Shown one piece after another: positions 52,301 to 61,574 of a DNA stretch of 64,000 bases. Position 1 is the stretch's first letter, and every line of letters starts with the position of its first letter. The DNA is taken from the NCBI GenBank assembly GCA_041746575.1, contig JBGTGT010000055.1:1-64000 (forward strand), in the 5' to 3' direction. The notes under the pieces were generated by a model. The model ran no database searches, was not told the origin of the DNA, and saw only the letters and a list, made by a program, of their open reading frames with translations. Origin of the DNA: Microcystaceae cyanobacterium (GTDB lineage Bacteria; Cyanobacteriota; Cyanobacteriia; Cyanobacteriales; Microcystaceae). A program made the translations under genes and the position numbers.

Positions 52301-52506
52301 ATTTCTTTTTCCCACGTTCCCTGTTTTCTGAATTGAAGACTCTTTTTTAAGATATCTTTTAATTCTGCCAACTGCAAAGCAAATGGATTATAAGGAGGTA
52401 ATTCATTCTTTTCTATTGCTGTTGTCTGGGGACGCCATGTTTCTCCCCAAATAAATAAATAACAATCGTCTGCTTGAACAATCCAACTACCATGTAAAGT
52501 TGCCAT
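49360..52506 (-). CDS. SNF2/SWI2-family helicase-like ATPase
   Basis: LADDMGLGKT, DEAQ, LTGTPVEN, SLKAGGTGLNL, QATDRAFRIGQ. Confidence 0.95.
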   Translation of the reverse strand: MATLHGSWIVQADDCYLFIWGETWRPQTTAIEKNELPPYNPFALQLAELKDILKKSLQFRKQGTWEKEIITLPTQESKKKNQVFPTLSTTVLQQDIDLNSLTYFSWQVEGMRLNVEVAIEFLINLPLNLLENNSLIGQDLQYWTHVYRWILDLVVRGKFLSGVHPKHPQSYWYPVIDSTIDQTRLAQFSQQMPRSCYAYECFLDQSDDKDEELNPQFLLSHFLIEILNAQVRQGITQVSTGTKPLMIQPFLQSLTHPSGDLDMATKSLKTLKNSLYNWTFSYQEYIINFENNQFKRNAFRLCLVLEPPSITSLEAGALNWKLLYHLQALDDPNCLISSAAIFNNPNPSLVAGNRILDNAPETLLKGLGMASRLYSPIADSLLQEIPYDCSLDPIQVYEFLRSTAWQLQNNGLGVILPHSLAEGTTERRLGVKLEAEVKLKKGEHLSLKSLLNYDLKLLIGDQIISIQDFNKLLAQRSPLVQVNGQWIALQPADVRAAQSILNQSYATENLTVEDALRLQIGVTQTLAKLPVVQFEATGILQELLNHLTNNEAVQPIDHPMGFKGTLRPYQGRGVGWLVFLEKWGLGACLADDMGLGKTLQLLGFLLHLKAENKLENPTLIVCPTSVINNWEREAQKFAPSLSVLVHHGSDRNSGKAFASRVKDKDIVITSYALVYRDLKTFVNISWQGIVLDEAQNIKNSQAKQSLAVRQLATGFRIALTGTPVENRLSELWSILDFLNPDFLGNKQFFQRRFATPIEKYGDQESLQILRSLVRPFILRRLKTDKSIIQDLPEKQEMTVFCGLSQEQAQLYQQLVEQSLATISGAEGIQRQGLILTLLMKLKQICNHPAHFNKEKSLDKSNRSGKILRLEEMLEEVIEEGDHALIFTQFSEWGKLLKSYLEKKFKQDVFWLYGATKREQRQAMVDRFQNDPSAPHLFILSLKAGGTGLNLTRANHVFHIDRWWNPAVENQATDRAFRIGQKQNVQVHKFVCSGTLEEKINEMLESKKQLAEQTIEAGENWLTQLDTAQLRNLLLLDRDTIIDDTEASS

Positions 52507-52617
52507 AAATTAAACAATGAAATAAAGAAATTTTAGAAAAACCTAATTTTTTCTCTTGGGAAATCTACGTTATATTGTAAGGGATACTTGTTCAATTTCT
52601 CAAGGGAATGCTATCTA

Positions 52618-53586
52618 ATGAATCCCAAGACAACTCGACGCAATTTACTATTAGCCGGACTGTCCATGATAAGCAGTATGGCTTGTGAACAAACGAAAAC
52701 CCCCTCTGTGAATGCAGTCACCCCTACCCCAGTCGCCACGATGCCTCAACGTCTCTTAGGTCAAACGGGTCTCTCTCTTCCTATTTTAGGACTAGGAGGG
52801 GCAGGCAGAACCCCTTTGTCAAAATCAGGTCAAGAAAAGGCCGCCATTGAATTGATAGAAGCTGCTTTTCGCTTAGGAATTCGCTATTTTGATACGGCGG
52901 CCAATTATGGGCCGAGTGAAGACTATTTAGGACAAGGATTACGCCCTTATCGTCGGCAAGTTATTCTAGCCAGTAAAACCGATCAACGCAACCGAGATGG
53001 GGCATGGCAAGAATTAGAGAAATCTCTCAAAAGATTGAATACAGATTATTTAGATATATGGCAACTACATCATGTCTCTTTTAAAACAGAATTAGACCAA
53101 ATTTTTCAGAAAAATGGTGCCATACAAGCCGTAAAAGAAGCACAAGAGCAAGGCGTAATTCGTCTAGCCGGTATTACAGGACACCACGAACCGGAGATTA
53201 TTGTCGAGGGATTACGGCGTTATCCCTTTGATATGACGCTAATTTGTCTCAATGCAGCAGAAATTCATCATCCTCGTTCATTTGCTTCAACTGTACTTCC
53301 TGTGACACAAGAGAAAAACATTGGGGTTATTGCAATGAAAATTCCGGCCTATGGGCGGTTATTTCAACCGAATCTTTTAGAAAAGATGGATCAAGCGATG
53401 GGATATGTTCTATCGTTAAAAGGGGTTCATAGTTGTATCATTGCGGCGGAAAATGTGGCTCAATTAGAAAGTAATATTAAGGTGGCAGATGCTTACCAAA
53501 TGTTAAGTCAAAATCAAATGAAAGAGATTGAACAAAAAACCGCTTCTGCTTGGCAAGAAATGACCTTTTTTCGTCAATGGACTTGA
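52618..53586 (+). CDS. Aldo/keto reductase with a twin-arginine signal
   Basis: TRRNLL Tat motif then SMAC; GIRYFDTAANYG, LASKT, DIWQLH. Confidence 0.88.
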   Translation: MNPKTTRRNLLLAGLSMISSMACEQTKTPSVNAVTPTPVATMPQRLLGQTGLSLPILGLGGAGRTPLSKSGQEKAAIELIEAAFRLGIRYFDTAANYGPSEDYLGQGLRPYRRQVILASKTDQRNRDGAWQELEKSLKRLNTDYLDIWQLHHVSFKTELDQIFQKNGAIQAVKEAQEQGVIRLAGITGHHEPEIIVEGLRRYPFDMTLICLNAAEIHHPRSFASTVLPVTQEKNIGVIAMKIPAYGRLFQPNLLEKMDQAMGYVLSLKGVHSCIIAAENVAQLESNIKVADAYQMLSQNQMKEIEQKTASAWQEMTFFRQWT

Positions 53587-53606
53587 TCAATTATGGAGTA
53601 TAAATT

Positions 53607-54386
53607 ATGAATGACGAAAATTTAATTCGGTTATCTCAAGCGCATTTAAACACTTTAGAAACTTGTCCCCCTCAATTTCAACGCTTATATTTAGATCAAT
53701 TAAGTTCTTCAACGAATCCTGAGCAGTTAGAAAAAATTACTTGGGGTAGTCAATTTCACTTGCTAATGCAACAACACGCCTTAGGGTTATCGGTTCAAGA
53801 TTTAGTTTTTTTGGATCAATCTTTAATCCAATCTTTGCAAGGATTATTAAGGGAAATTTCTCCAATTTGGGATCAGCCAAATGTATGGCAAGAAGCAGAA
53901 CATCATCGAACTTTAACCTTTGAAAACTATTTGTTGACCGCCGTCTATGATTTACTAATACTAGAAGAAAATTCTGCCCATATTTTAGACTGGAAAACCT
54001 ATCCTAAACCCGAGCAAAAAGATCGCTTAGTTAAGAATTGGCAAACTCGCTTATATCCCTATATACTTGCGGAAACTTCTTCCTATTTACCTAAGCAAAT
54101 TTCGATGACTTATTGGTTTGTTCAATTACCTGATAAACCTCAAAGTATCACATTTAAATATGACTTACGGCAACATCAAAAAAACCAAAGAGACTTACAG
54201 AATTTAATTAAATTACTGAGTCATTATTTAGAAAGCTATCAAAACAATAAGCTCGATTTTCCCCATCACTCTAATTGTGAAACGTTTTGCCCTAATGCCG
54301 CTTTTTTGTGGGCAGAAAAGACTCAAGAATCCTTAAGCCAACAATTATTACAAGAACTTGACTCCATCGAAGAAGTCATGATTTAA
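53607..54386 (+). CDS. PD-(D/E)XK nuclease family protein (AddB/Cas4-like fold)
   Basis: LSQ..CP..F, WGSQFH, YDLL..ILDWKT, WQTRLY, C-terminal CETFCP. Confidence 0.82.
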   Translation: MNDENLIRLSQAHLNTLETCPPQFQRLYLDQLSSSTNPEQLEKITWGSQFHLLMQQHALGLSVQDLVFLDQSLIQSLQGLLREISPIWDQPNVWQEAEHHRTLTFENYLLTAVYDLLILEENSAHILDWKTYPKPEQKDRLVKNWQTRLYPYILAETSSYLPKQISMTYWFVQLPDKPQSITFKYDLRQHQKNQRDLQNLIKLLSHYLESYQNNKLDFPHHSNCETFCPNAAFLWAEKTQESLSQQLLQELDSIEEVMI

Positions 54387-54396
54387 TTCATAAAAA

Positions 54397-56442
54397 TTAA
54401 GTCAAAATTTTTGCTAAAAAAGCCCACTTATCGGCGATTTCTTCAATAATTTTGCTCGTGGGTTTTCCGGCACCATGGCCGGCTTTAGTTTCAATCCGTA
54501 TTAAAATGGGATTATTTCCTTGGTGTGCAGATTGTAAGGTTGCCGTAAACTTAAAACTATGAGCAGGAACAACGCGATCATCATGATCTGCTGTTGTAAT
54601 TAAAGTAGCAGGATAGGCAATTCTTTCTTTGATATTATGCAAAGGAGAATAGGCATAAAGGGTTTTAAAATCTTCTTCAATGGCAGGATCTCCATATTCA
54701 GAACACCAAGCCCAACCAATAGTAAATTGATTAAAGCGTAGCATATCCATGACCCCTACTGAAGGCAAAGCGGCGGCGAATAATTCGGGTTTTTGAGTGA
54801 TACAAGCACCCACCAATAAACCGCCATTACTCCCCCCTCCTATGGCAAGTTTTTGCGAAGATGTATATTGATTTTTAATTAACCATTTTGCCGCCGCAAT
54901 AAAGTCATTAAATACATTTTGTTTATGCTGCTTCATGCCGGCTTGGTGCCACATTTCTCCATATTCTCCTCCTCCTCTCAAGTTAGCAACGGCGTAAATT
55001 CCTCCCCTTTCCATCCAGACCAAATTACTGACAGAAAAATTAGGCGTTAAAGAGACATTAAACCCGCCGTAACCATAAAGATAGGTGGGATTATTTCCAT
55101 TTTTTACTAAGCCTTTTTTATAGGTTAAAAATAGAGGAATTGATGTACCGTCTTTACTGAGATAAAAAATTTGTTCAATTTCGTAATCATTCGGATTAAA
55201 GTTAACATTGGGTTGACGAAATAAGGTACTTTTGCCTGTTGTTAAATCATAACGGTAAATCGTGCTGGGAGTCGTGAAATTAGTAAACGAATAGAAGGTT
55301 TCAGTATCGTTTTTTTGACCATTAAAACCATTAACTGTACCAATACTGAGTAATTGAATTTCCCCCATGAATTGACCTTGAAGGTTAAAAATTTTCACTT
55401 CAGAATGAGCGTCTTTGAGATAATTAACGATAAATTGATTATTAAGTAAAGAAACATCTTCTAACGTTTCTTCTGCTTCTGGGATAATCTCTATCCAATG
55501 ATCCTTATCAGGCTGATTAATATTAATAGCAATCACTCGACCTTTGGGGGCATCTAAATCGGTTTGAAACCAAAAAAGACTTCCTTCATTGTCGATAAAT
55601 TGATAGCTTGCCTCAAAGTCACAAATCAATTCTTTAATCGGGGTATTTTCTGATTGTAAATCTTGATAAAAAATCAGACATTTAGGATCTGTACCACGCC
55701 AAACTGTAATAATCAAATATTGTCCATCATCAGTCACAAAGCCATCAAATCCCCATTCTTTTTGGTCTAAACGTTGGTAAATTAAAACATCTTGATCTTG
55801 AGGTGTTCCTAAGAAATGATAGTAGAGCTTTTGATAATAATTGATGTCCTCAAGTTTTGTGTCTGGGTTGGGTTGATCGTAGCGACTGTAATAGAATCCT
55901 TGATGATCTTGTGTCCATGATACTCCAGAAAATTTCACCCACTTGATCTGATCCTCCAAGTCTATTTTAGTTTCAATCGTTTTTACTTTCCACTCGACCC
56001 AATCTGAACCTGATTGAGAAAGCCCATAAGCTAAATATTGACCATTCTCACTAATAGATAAACCTGCAAGTGAAACGGTTCCATCTTCCGATAAGGTATT
56101 GGGATCTAGTAAGATTTCTGGTTTATCTTCCAAACTTTTCAGCGTATAAAGAACACTTTGATTTTGCAGTCCATCATTTTTAAAATAGAAATAACGATCG
56201 CCTTTTTTAAAAGGAATACTATATTTCTCATAATCCCAAAGCTCTGTTAATCTTTGCTTAATTGGCTCTCGTTCTGCAATTTGTTCTAAATAATTAAAAG
56301 TTAATTCATTTTGCGCTTCTATCCAAGCTTGGGTTTCTTCTGTATCAGGATTTTCTAACCAACGATAGGGATCTTTAACCGCATTTCCGTGATAAATATC
56401 GACCTGATTGTCTTGACGTGTAGAGGGATAAGAGAAAACCAT
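54397..56442 (-). CDS. Prolyl oligopeptidase (S9A)
   Basis: DPYRWLE, YGYGGF, GGSNGG, DHDDRV, AGHG. Confidence 0.95.
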   Translation of the reverse strand: MVFSYPSTRQDNQVDIYHGNAVKDPYRWLENPDTEETQAWIEAQNELTFNYLEQIAEREPIKQRLTELWDYEKYSIPFKKGDRYFYFKNDGLQNQSVLYTLKSLEDKPEILLDPNTLSEDGTVSLAGLSISENGQYLAYGLSQSGSDWVEWKVKTIETKIDLEDQIKWVKFSGVSWTQDHQGFYYSRYDQPNPDTKLEDINYYQKLYYHFLGTPQDQDVLIYQRLDQKEWGFDGFVTDDGQYLIITVWRGTDPKCLIFYQDLQSENTPIKELICDFEASYQFIDNEGSLFWFQTDLDAPKGRVIAININQPDKDHWIEIIPEAEETLEDVSLLNNQFIVNYLKDAHSEVKIFNLQGQFMGEIQLLSIGTVNGFNGQKNDTETFYSFTNFTTPSTIYRYDLTTGKSTLFRQPNVNFNPNDYEIEQIFYLSKDGTSIPLFLTYKKGLVKNGNNPTYLYGYGGFNVSLTPNFSVSNLVWMERGGIYAVANLRGGGEYGEMWHQAGMKQHKQNVFNDFIAAAKWLIKNQYTSSQKLAIGGGSNGGLLVGACITQKPELFAAALPSVGVMDMLRFNQFTIGWAWCSEYGDPAIEEDFKTLYAYSPLHNIKERIAYPATLITTADHDDRVVPAHSFKFTATLQSAHQGNNPILIRIETKAGHGAGKPTSKIIEEIADKWAFLAKILT

Positions 56443-56558
56443 TTTTTAGATCAGATAAAAATTCTTTTTTATTTTAACGGATTTTATGGCTGTCGCATTC
56501 CGCTTCTTTGCTAAAATTCTAAATAGATAATATTTTCTAATTATGAAATTTTATAATT

Positions 56559-56774
56559 ATGAACCAAAGTACAACGAAAACGCCGGAATATATTAAACTG
56601 GATCAGTTTCTCAAAAAATTAGGTCTCGTCAGTACGGGAGGTGAGGCGAAATTTCGTATTCAATCTGGAGATGTTAAAGTTAATGGGCAAATTGAAACCC
56701 GACGCGGACGTAAGTTAATTGTAGGGGATCAAATAGAGATTGACCATGATGATTATGTCGTTGAAGAATTATAA
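56559..56774 (+). CDS. S4-domain RNA-binding protein (YbcJ/YaaA-like)
   Basis: IKLDQFLK..TGGEAK..VNGQIETRRGRKL. Confidence 0.9.
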   Translation: MNQSTTKTPEYIKLDQFLKKLGLVSTGGEAKFRIQSGDVKVNGQIETRRGRKLIVGDQIEIDHDDYVVEEL

Positions 56775-57424
56775 GGATTGATGATAATTGACTTTTGGGT
56801 TTCTGAGGAAGAATCAAAAGATGATAAATCTAGACACTGATTAAATAAATATTTCAAGTTGCGGTTAATATTCTGGGCTAATTCTTGATCTTCTGATGCT
56901 TCTCCGAGTTTAACAAATTCATCATCTTCTAAGGATTTTTCCCAAAACGTTTCATAAAGCATTTGAATAGGATCGAGATAGAATTCTTTTAAGTTTTTAG
57001 AGACATATTCCTTAAAACAAGAATACCAAAAAATAAGGGGGACAGAAATATCAATCAATCCTTCTATTGTTCCTTGATCGCTAATATTTTCGATATTTTC
57101 TAAAAGCTCTATCAAATCCATGTAAATAGGTTCTAAAAGGTATTCAGATAACATCGCTTGATCTTTAGGACGATACTGTCGCATATAGTCTTGTAACCAT
57201 TGTTGGCTTTTGCTTTTGTTTTGTTGAAACTCTTCAGTAGGACAATGTAAAACTAAATACTGATCTTCGTATTGATTTCCTAAATATTCTTCTAATATTT
57301 CATACCATTCGTCTTCTAATTTTTCGGCATGAAATTGTAAATCTTCTGTTCCTTTAATGATAAGATGGGTTTTCTTACCATATTCATCGCCTAATAATTG
57401 TTTTCTGCGTTTTGCTTCTCCCAT
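56753..57424 (-). CDS. Hypothetical acidic protein with an MGEAKRRK N-terminus
   Basis: Cyanobacterial MGEAKRRK motif; remainder unrecognised. Confidence 0.6.
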   Translation of the reverse strand: MGEAKRRKQLLGDEYGKKTHLIIKGTEDLQFHAEKLEDEWYEILEEYLGNQYEDQYLVLHCPTEEFQQNKSKSQQWLQDYMRQYRPKDQAMLSEYLLEPIYMDLIELLENIENISDQGTIEGLIDISVPLIFWYSCFKEYVSKNLKEFYLDPIQMLYETFWEKSLEDDEFVKLGEASEDQELAQNINRNLKYLFNQCLDLSSFDSSSETQKSIIINPYNSSTT

Positions 57425-57589
57425 CTTTATTTACCTAATCTAATGATCATAACTATTGTACTGGGCTGACCGAACTTAAGCAATCGCTCCTCAACAGAAT
57501 GTTAACAAATCGATTGAGTTCTTTCCGAGTTTTTTACTTCTTTTGTTTAGAATTAACGATGACATTTTTAAATATAACAGGATAGCAAA

Positions 57590-58100
57590 AATGATTAATC
57601 CCTTCAAACCGTTTAATTTAGGAATTATTGCTGGATTCGTGGGTACAGTAGCACTTGGATTGACTTCAACTACCCAAGCACAAGAGTCTGTTTCTCAAGA
57701 ACAAAAAAATGCGCTAGAGATTGCGACTCAATTAACCACACAACAACAACCCTATTATCAAAAAAATGGTGAATTTAATACCGATGTCAAAAAACTGGCT
57801 AAAGAGTTAGATATCACATTACCTTCTAGCTTCAACTATGGTATTCGGACTGGCTTTGAGTCTGCTTATATTTATGTAATGCCCGCCAAAACGGATCTCG
57901 CTGAGCAATTAAAATCTTATATTGGTGCGGCTTTTATCAATCCTAATAATAAGTCAGAAATGATCAGCATTCTCTGCGAAAATACTAAATTAGGGCGGAT
58001 GCGTCCTGCCGATCCCAAATTATTGATGAGTGGTGATCAACCGACGTTAGAATGTGGAGAAGGATCTGCTGCTGTACCCATTTCTGAAGCGAAAAAATAA
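57590..58100 (+). CDS. Type IV pilin-like G/H family exported protein
   Basis: Signal peptide; QQPYY..NGEF..LKSYIGA..ILCE..C. Confidence 0.7.
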
Positions 58101-58588
58101 CTTTTCTTAAAATATTTAAGTCACTTTGTATTAAATTGTAAATTGAATTTAAGGTGCAGATATCTCTGCATCTTTTTATTTTTTTATTGTGCAGTTCGCA
58201 ACTTGATGAGGTACACAATTAATAGTGGGGGTGCAAGGCTTGACGAATTTGTTGGAATTATTGTTCATCGGAGGTTTTAGGGATTTTTTCCCTGTTTTGG
58301 GTAACATTGCTGTCGGTTGAGGAGCAAGCAGTTGAGATCACCCTAAAAGAAAGCAAATTCAAAGATAATTTTTGTAAAATTATGATAAATATATCAAAAT
58401 CGAAGCTTAGAACCTTTTTGGGCAGTTTTAGTGGCGACTAATGGGACTTTTCTACCTCAGGCTAGAATGGATTATCAAATCATTAAGAAATATTACAGTT
58501 TTCCGGAGCATTTATATAACCTGATGTAGCCTTCAAGTATCCGAACGCGGACGTACCAACTTTATTTTTGTTCCACGGGAAAACGGAC

Positions 58589-59479
58589 ATGACTACACAC
58601 ACAAAACCGACTGACTCTTCTCCATCTCTGAAAAATAAAATTTTTTCGCTTACTATTGCTGATTTGCTAGCAATAATAATTGGTGCAATTTTACTCTATC
58701 TTGGAATTCAGATGACGGACATCAAGAAAGATGAAAATGCTCAATTTGAAATAGCTCATTCTCCCTTTACTGCCTCTGTGGTAATTGGATTGGGTAGTGC
58801 ATTAATTATTTATCGTTTACTAGGTGGCATTGATAAAGATTCGATTAATGTAAAGGGGAAAATTTTTGGATTAGATATTGAATCAGTTGGTGGAATAGCG
58901 ACTTTTATAGTGATTTTTGCAGGCGGCTCTTTGTTACTTCCTAAAGAAATGCGGAAACCTGAATTAACTTATAAACCTGATAATTATCCCTTGGTCATTC
59001 TTGATCATAATGGAAAAACGGTATCAACAATTAAGATCAATAGTAGCTTCGGTAGTATTTCCACAGATAAAACGATTACGGTTTCTCCAGAATTTGTTAA
59101 TCAAGTAAAAGAAATTTGTCAACAGGAAGAAGGATTTTGTGCGCCAGAAGTTAAGGAAGTTGTCTTTTTTATTAACCCCGATTTAGGTCAAACCAATCAA
59201 GGATTATCTATACCTTATGCTAGCGTTTGTCCCCGTCATAAATGGGATTCACGTGCTTTACTAATCCATACTAAAGATCATCTACCTATCCGGGTTAAGC
59301 CACTCTCCAATCGAGATTGTTCTAGTACTGAAAACCCACCCATTATTGAAATTGATCCTGTGACTGCCAGAAAACTAGATGTTGATAATGGAGTTAAAGG
59401 CAGTGCTGAAACTGCACCTAAAGAGTTAGCTGTTCCCATAAATCCAACGCAAATAGTTACAAGAGTCTCAACAAATTAA
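58589..59479 (+). CDS. Hypothetical membrane protein with a Cys-containing C-terminal domain
   Basis: Three N-terminal TM segments; four Cys in the soluble domain. Confidence 0.6.
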   Translation: MTTHTKPTDSSPSLKNKIFSLTIADLLAIIIGAILLYLGIQMTDIKKDENAQFEIAHSPFTASVVIGLGSALIIYRLLGGIDKDSINVKGKIFGLDIESVGGIATFIVIFAGGSLLLPKEMRKPELTYKPDNYPLVILDHNGKTVSTIKINSSFGSISTDKTITVSPEFVNQVKEICQQEEGFCAPEVKEVVFFINPDLGQTNQGLSIPYASVCPRHKWDSRALLIHTKDHLPIRVKPLSNRDCSSTENPPIIEIDPVTARKLDVDNGVKGSAETAPKELAVPINPTQIVTRVSTN

Positions 59480-59535
59480 TTATTTTTGAGCAAGTTATAA
59501 CCAAGTATATTGCTAATAACTAAGAGGAAAATTCC

Positions 59536-59682
59536 ATGAAACAGATTTTGTTGACTTTCATCTTTTTCATCAATCTTACAACGGTTGCCTATGCTGACTG
59601 TATTTTTGAAGGAGTTAGTTATCCCGAAGGTACGAGATTAGGTAGCTTGATCTGTAAAGATGGAACTTGGCAACCGAGATAA
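59536..59682 (+). CDS. 48-aa secreted two-Cys peptide (not in the ORF track)
   Basis: AGAGG RBS; MKQILLTFIFFINLTTVAYA-DCIFEGVSYPEGTRLGSLICKDGTWQPR*. Confidence 0.7.
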   Translation: MKQILLTFIFFINLTTVAYADCIFEGVSYPEGTRLGSLICKDGTWQPR

Positions 59683-59705
59683 TAATGACACCCATTTAAC
59701 TTTAG

Positions 59706-59733
59706 GTAGAGATGTTTCATGAAATGTCTCTAC
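59706..59733. repeat. GTAG-type REP-like palindrome
   Basis: GTAGAGATGTTTCATGAAATGTCTCTAC. Confidence 0.7.
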
Positions 59734-59745
59734 ACTCGTTTTTAT

Positions 59746-59986
59746 CTATAAAATCCATTCAACTGCCCAATCAGAGACAACCTTAGTCATTTTCGTTAAA
59801 TTTTGCGGATCAAGATGGGGACATACCCCTAAGACAGGAATTTGCGTTAAAGACTCAATTAAATCAATAGGCGTCCAATTTGCTAAGTCTTCCCCTGAAG
59901 CCCCATTGACATCGCTTAAGATAATCCCTTTTAAAGCAATCTTGCAAGAACGGGCGTAATTTACGTTAACCACCGCTTGAGCGATC
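59746..59986 (-). pseudogene. bioD: Duplicated, divergent 3' third of bioD
   Basis: Aligns to 60902-61142; 59903-59986 is identical to 61059-61142 and the distal part has substitutions. Confidence 0.95.
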
Positions 59987-60073
59987 AACTCAATGATTAA
60001 GCATTACCCATCATGGCAGTCTCACGCTCTTAAATTTAAGGTAGAATATAGAATATAGTAAGTTTATTTTATC

Positions 60074-60322
60074 TTGACAATGAATACACAAACTTCAATT
60101 AGTCAACGATTAAGCTTAGCCGAAATTTATCAATTCTATCCTAATCAGTGGGTTTTAGTGATTGATCCTAAATTAGATGATGACTTAAATATTATTGATG
60201 GACAAGTTATTTATGTCACTTCTAATAAAGAGGATTTATATAATTATTTACATCTAAGTGGTGAATATAATTCTGCTTTAGAATATACGGGGGACGATGA
60301 TGAAATAGGTTTATTAATATAA
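60074..60322 (+). CDS. DUF5678-like small acidic protein
   Basis: YPNQWVLV..GQVI..YTGD; coupled to the aspartyl protease gene. Confidence 0.6.
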   Translation: MTMNTQTSISQRLSLAEIYQFYPNQWVLVIDPKLDDDLNIIDGQVIYVTSNKEDLYNYLHLSGEYNSALEYTGDDDEIGLLI

Positions 60323-60324
60323 TC

Positions 60325-60735
60325 ATGAGTCAGAAAAAAATTTATCGTTTATCTCGCTACGGTATTAACTTACTAAAAACGAAAGCAGTTATTAGTGATG
60401 TAAATCAAAAACGTTATCAATATTTTTCTTTATTAATAGATACAGGTTCAAGTTTTACAATTCTTCCTCGTCGAGTTTTAGAACATTTAGGGTATAATTT
60501 AGATCAACCGATTCGCTATCAATCTTTAATAACGGGACAAGGTAATACATCTCCTTTACCTATTATTCGGGTAGTTTGGCTTAATTGTTTAGGTCATTTA
60601 ATAGAAGATTTCGAGGTTATTGTTTATGATATTCCTAACACTTTACAAGTAAATGGTTTATTGAGAATGGATTTTCTAAAGCAAACAAAAGCAATTTTAT
60701 CTTTAGAACAAGGAGAGATTTATTTTAAATCTTAA
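60325..60735 (+). CDS. Retropepsin-like aspartyl protease
   Basis: LIDTGS catalytic motif; GLLRMDFL (consensus GLLGMDFL). Confidence 0.85.
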   Translation: MSQKKIYRLSRYGINLLKTKAVISDVNQKRYQYFSLLIDTGSSFTILPRRVLEHLGYNLDQPIRYQSLITGQGNTSPLPIIRVVWLNCLGHLIEDFEVIVYDIPNTLQVNGLLRMDFLKQTKAILSLEQGEIYFKS

Positions 60736-60901
60736 GTTATCGTAAATTTTGAGCTTTTTTAAAAGTGATAAAGTGGGTATAAGCATCCTATAAAACCTAT
60801 TTAATATTCGCATTAAACGGGGTTAAGTTCTCGTTTACTCGGATTTCTCAATTGAATTTGACCGAAAGCTAAACCCATTTTACCCTCAACTTTTTAGATA
60901 A

Positions 60902-61573
60902 TTAAAAGATCCATTCAACTGCCCAATCAGAAACAATATTCGGCATTTCTATTAAATTTTGCGGATCAAGATGGGGACATATTCCTAAAACAGGAATTTG
61001 CGTTAAAGACTCAATTAAATCAATAGGCGTCCAATTTGCTAAGTCTTCTGGCGAAACGCCATTGACATCGCTTAAGATAATCCCTTTTAAAGCAATCTTG
61101 CAAGAACGGGCGTAATTTACGTTAACCACCGCTTGAGCGATCGCTCCTAATTTGACAGGAACAACTAAGATAATAGGGAGGTGCCAAGATCCCGCGAGAT
61201 CCCCAAGGGTTAATTCATCGGTGACGGGTGATCCTAAGCCTCCTAAGCCTTCTATGAGCGTAAAGGGATGTTTTTGAGTCACATTATTAAACGCTTGCCA
61301 AACGACCTTTAAATCAATGGATTTACCCTCTTTTGCCGCCGATAAAGGAGGAGCTAAAGGTTCAGCAAAACGGAGAGGTGTAATCACCTCAATTTGAGGA
61401 TTTTCTGCAAAAAGTGAGCGATAATGTTCCTCATCCCCCATTCCCGTCTGCATCAACTTTATTAATCCCATTGTCTCTTTCGGACGATAGGTTAAATAAT
61501 AAGATGCTAGAGCAGTGGTGACCATCGTTTTGCCCACACCTGTATCTGTTCCTGCAATGAGTAAAGCTGTCAT
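60902..61573 (-). CDS. bioD: Dethiobiotin synthase
   Basis: GTDTGVGKT, KLMQTG, PLAP, IEGLGG. Confidence 0.95.
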   Translation of the reverse strand: MTALLIAGTDTGVGKTMVTTALASYYLTYRPKETMGLIKLMQTGMGDEEHYRSLFAENPQIEVITPLRFAEPLAPPLSAAKEGKSIDLKVVWQAFNNVTQKHPFTLIEGLGGLGSPVTDELTLGDLAGSWHLPIILVVPVKLGAIAQAVVNVNYARSCKIALKGIILSDVNGVSPEDLANWTPIDLIESLTQIPVLGICPHLDPQNLIEMPNIVSDWAVEWIF

Positions 61574-61574
61574 T

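Noticed and set aside
49360..52506. SNF2 helicase as part of a defence system
   Set aside because: No methylase, nuclease or other defence partner in an operon; it resembles the common standalone cyanobacterial SNF2.
53607..54386. Cas4-like nuclease as a sign of CRISPR-Cas
   Set aside because: No cas genes or array nearby; solo PD-(D/E)XK proteins are common in cyanobacteria.
58220..58380. Possible lipoprotein gene relic on the minus strand (ISTACSS..)
   Set aside because: Too short and interrupted to support.
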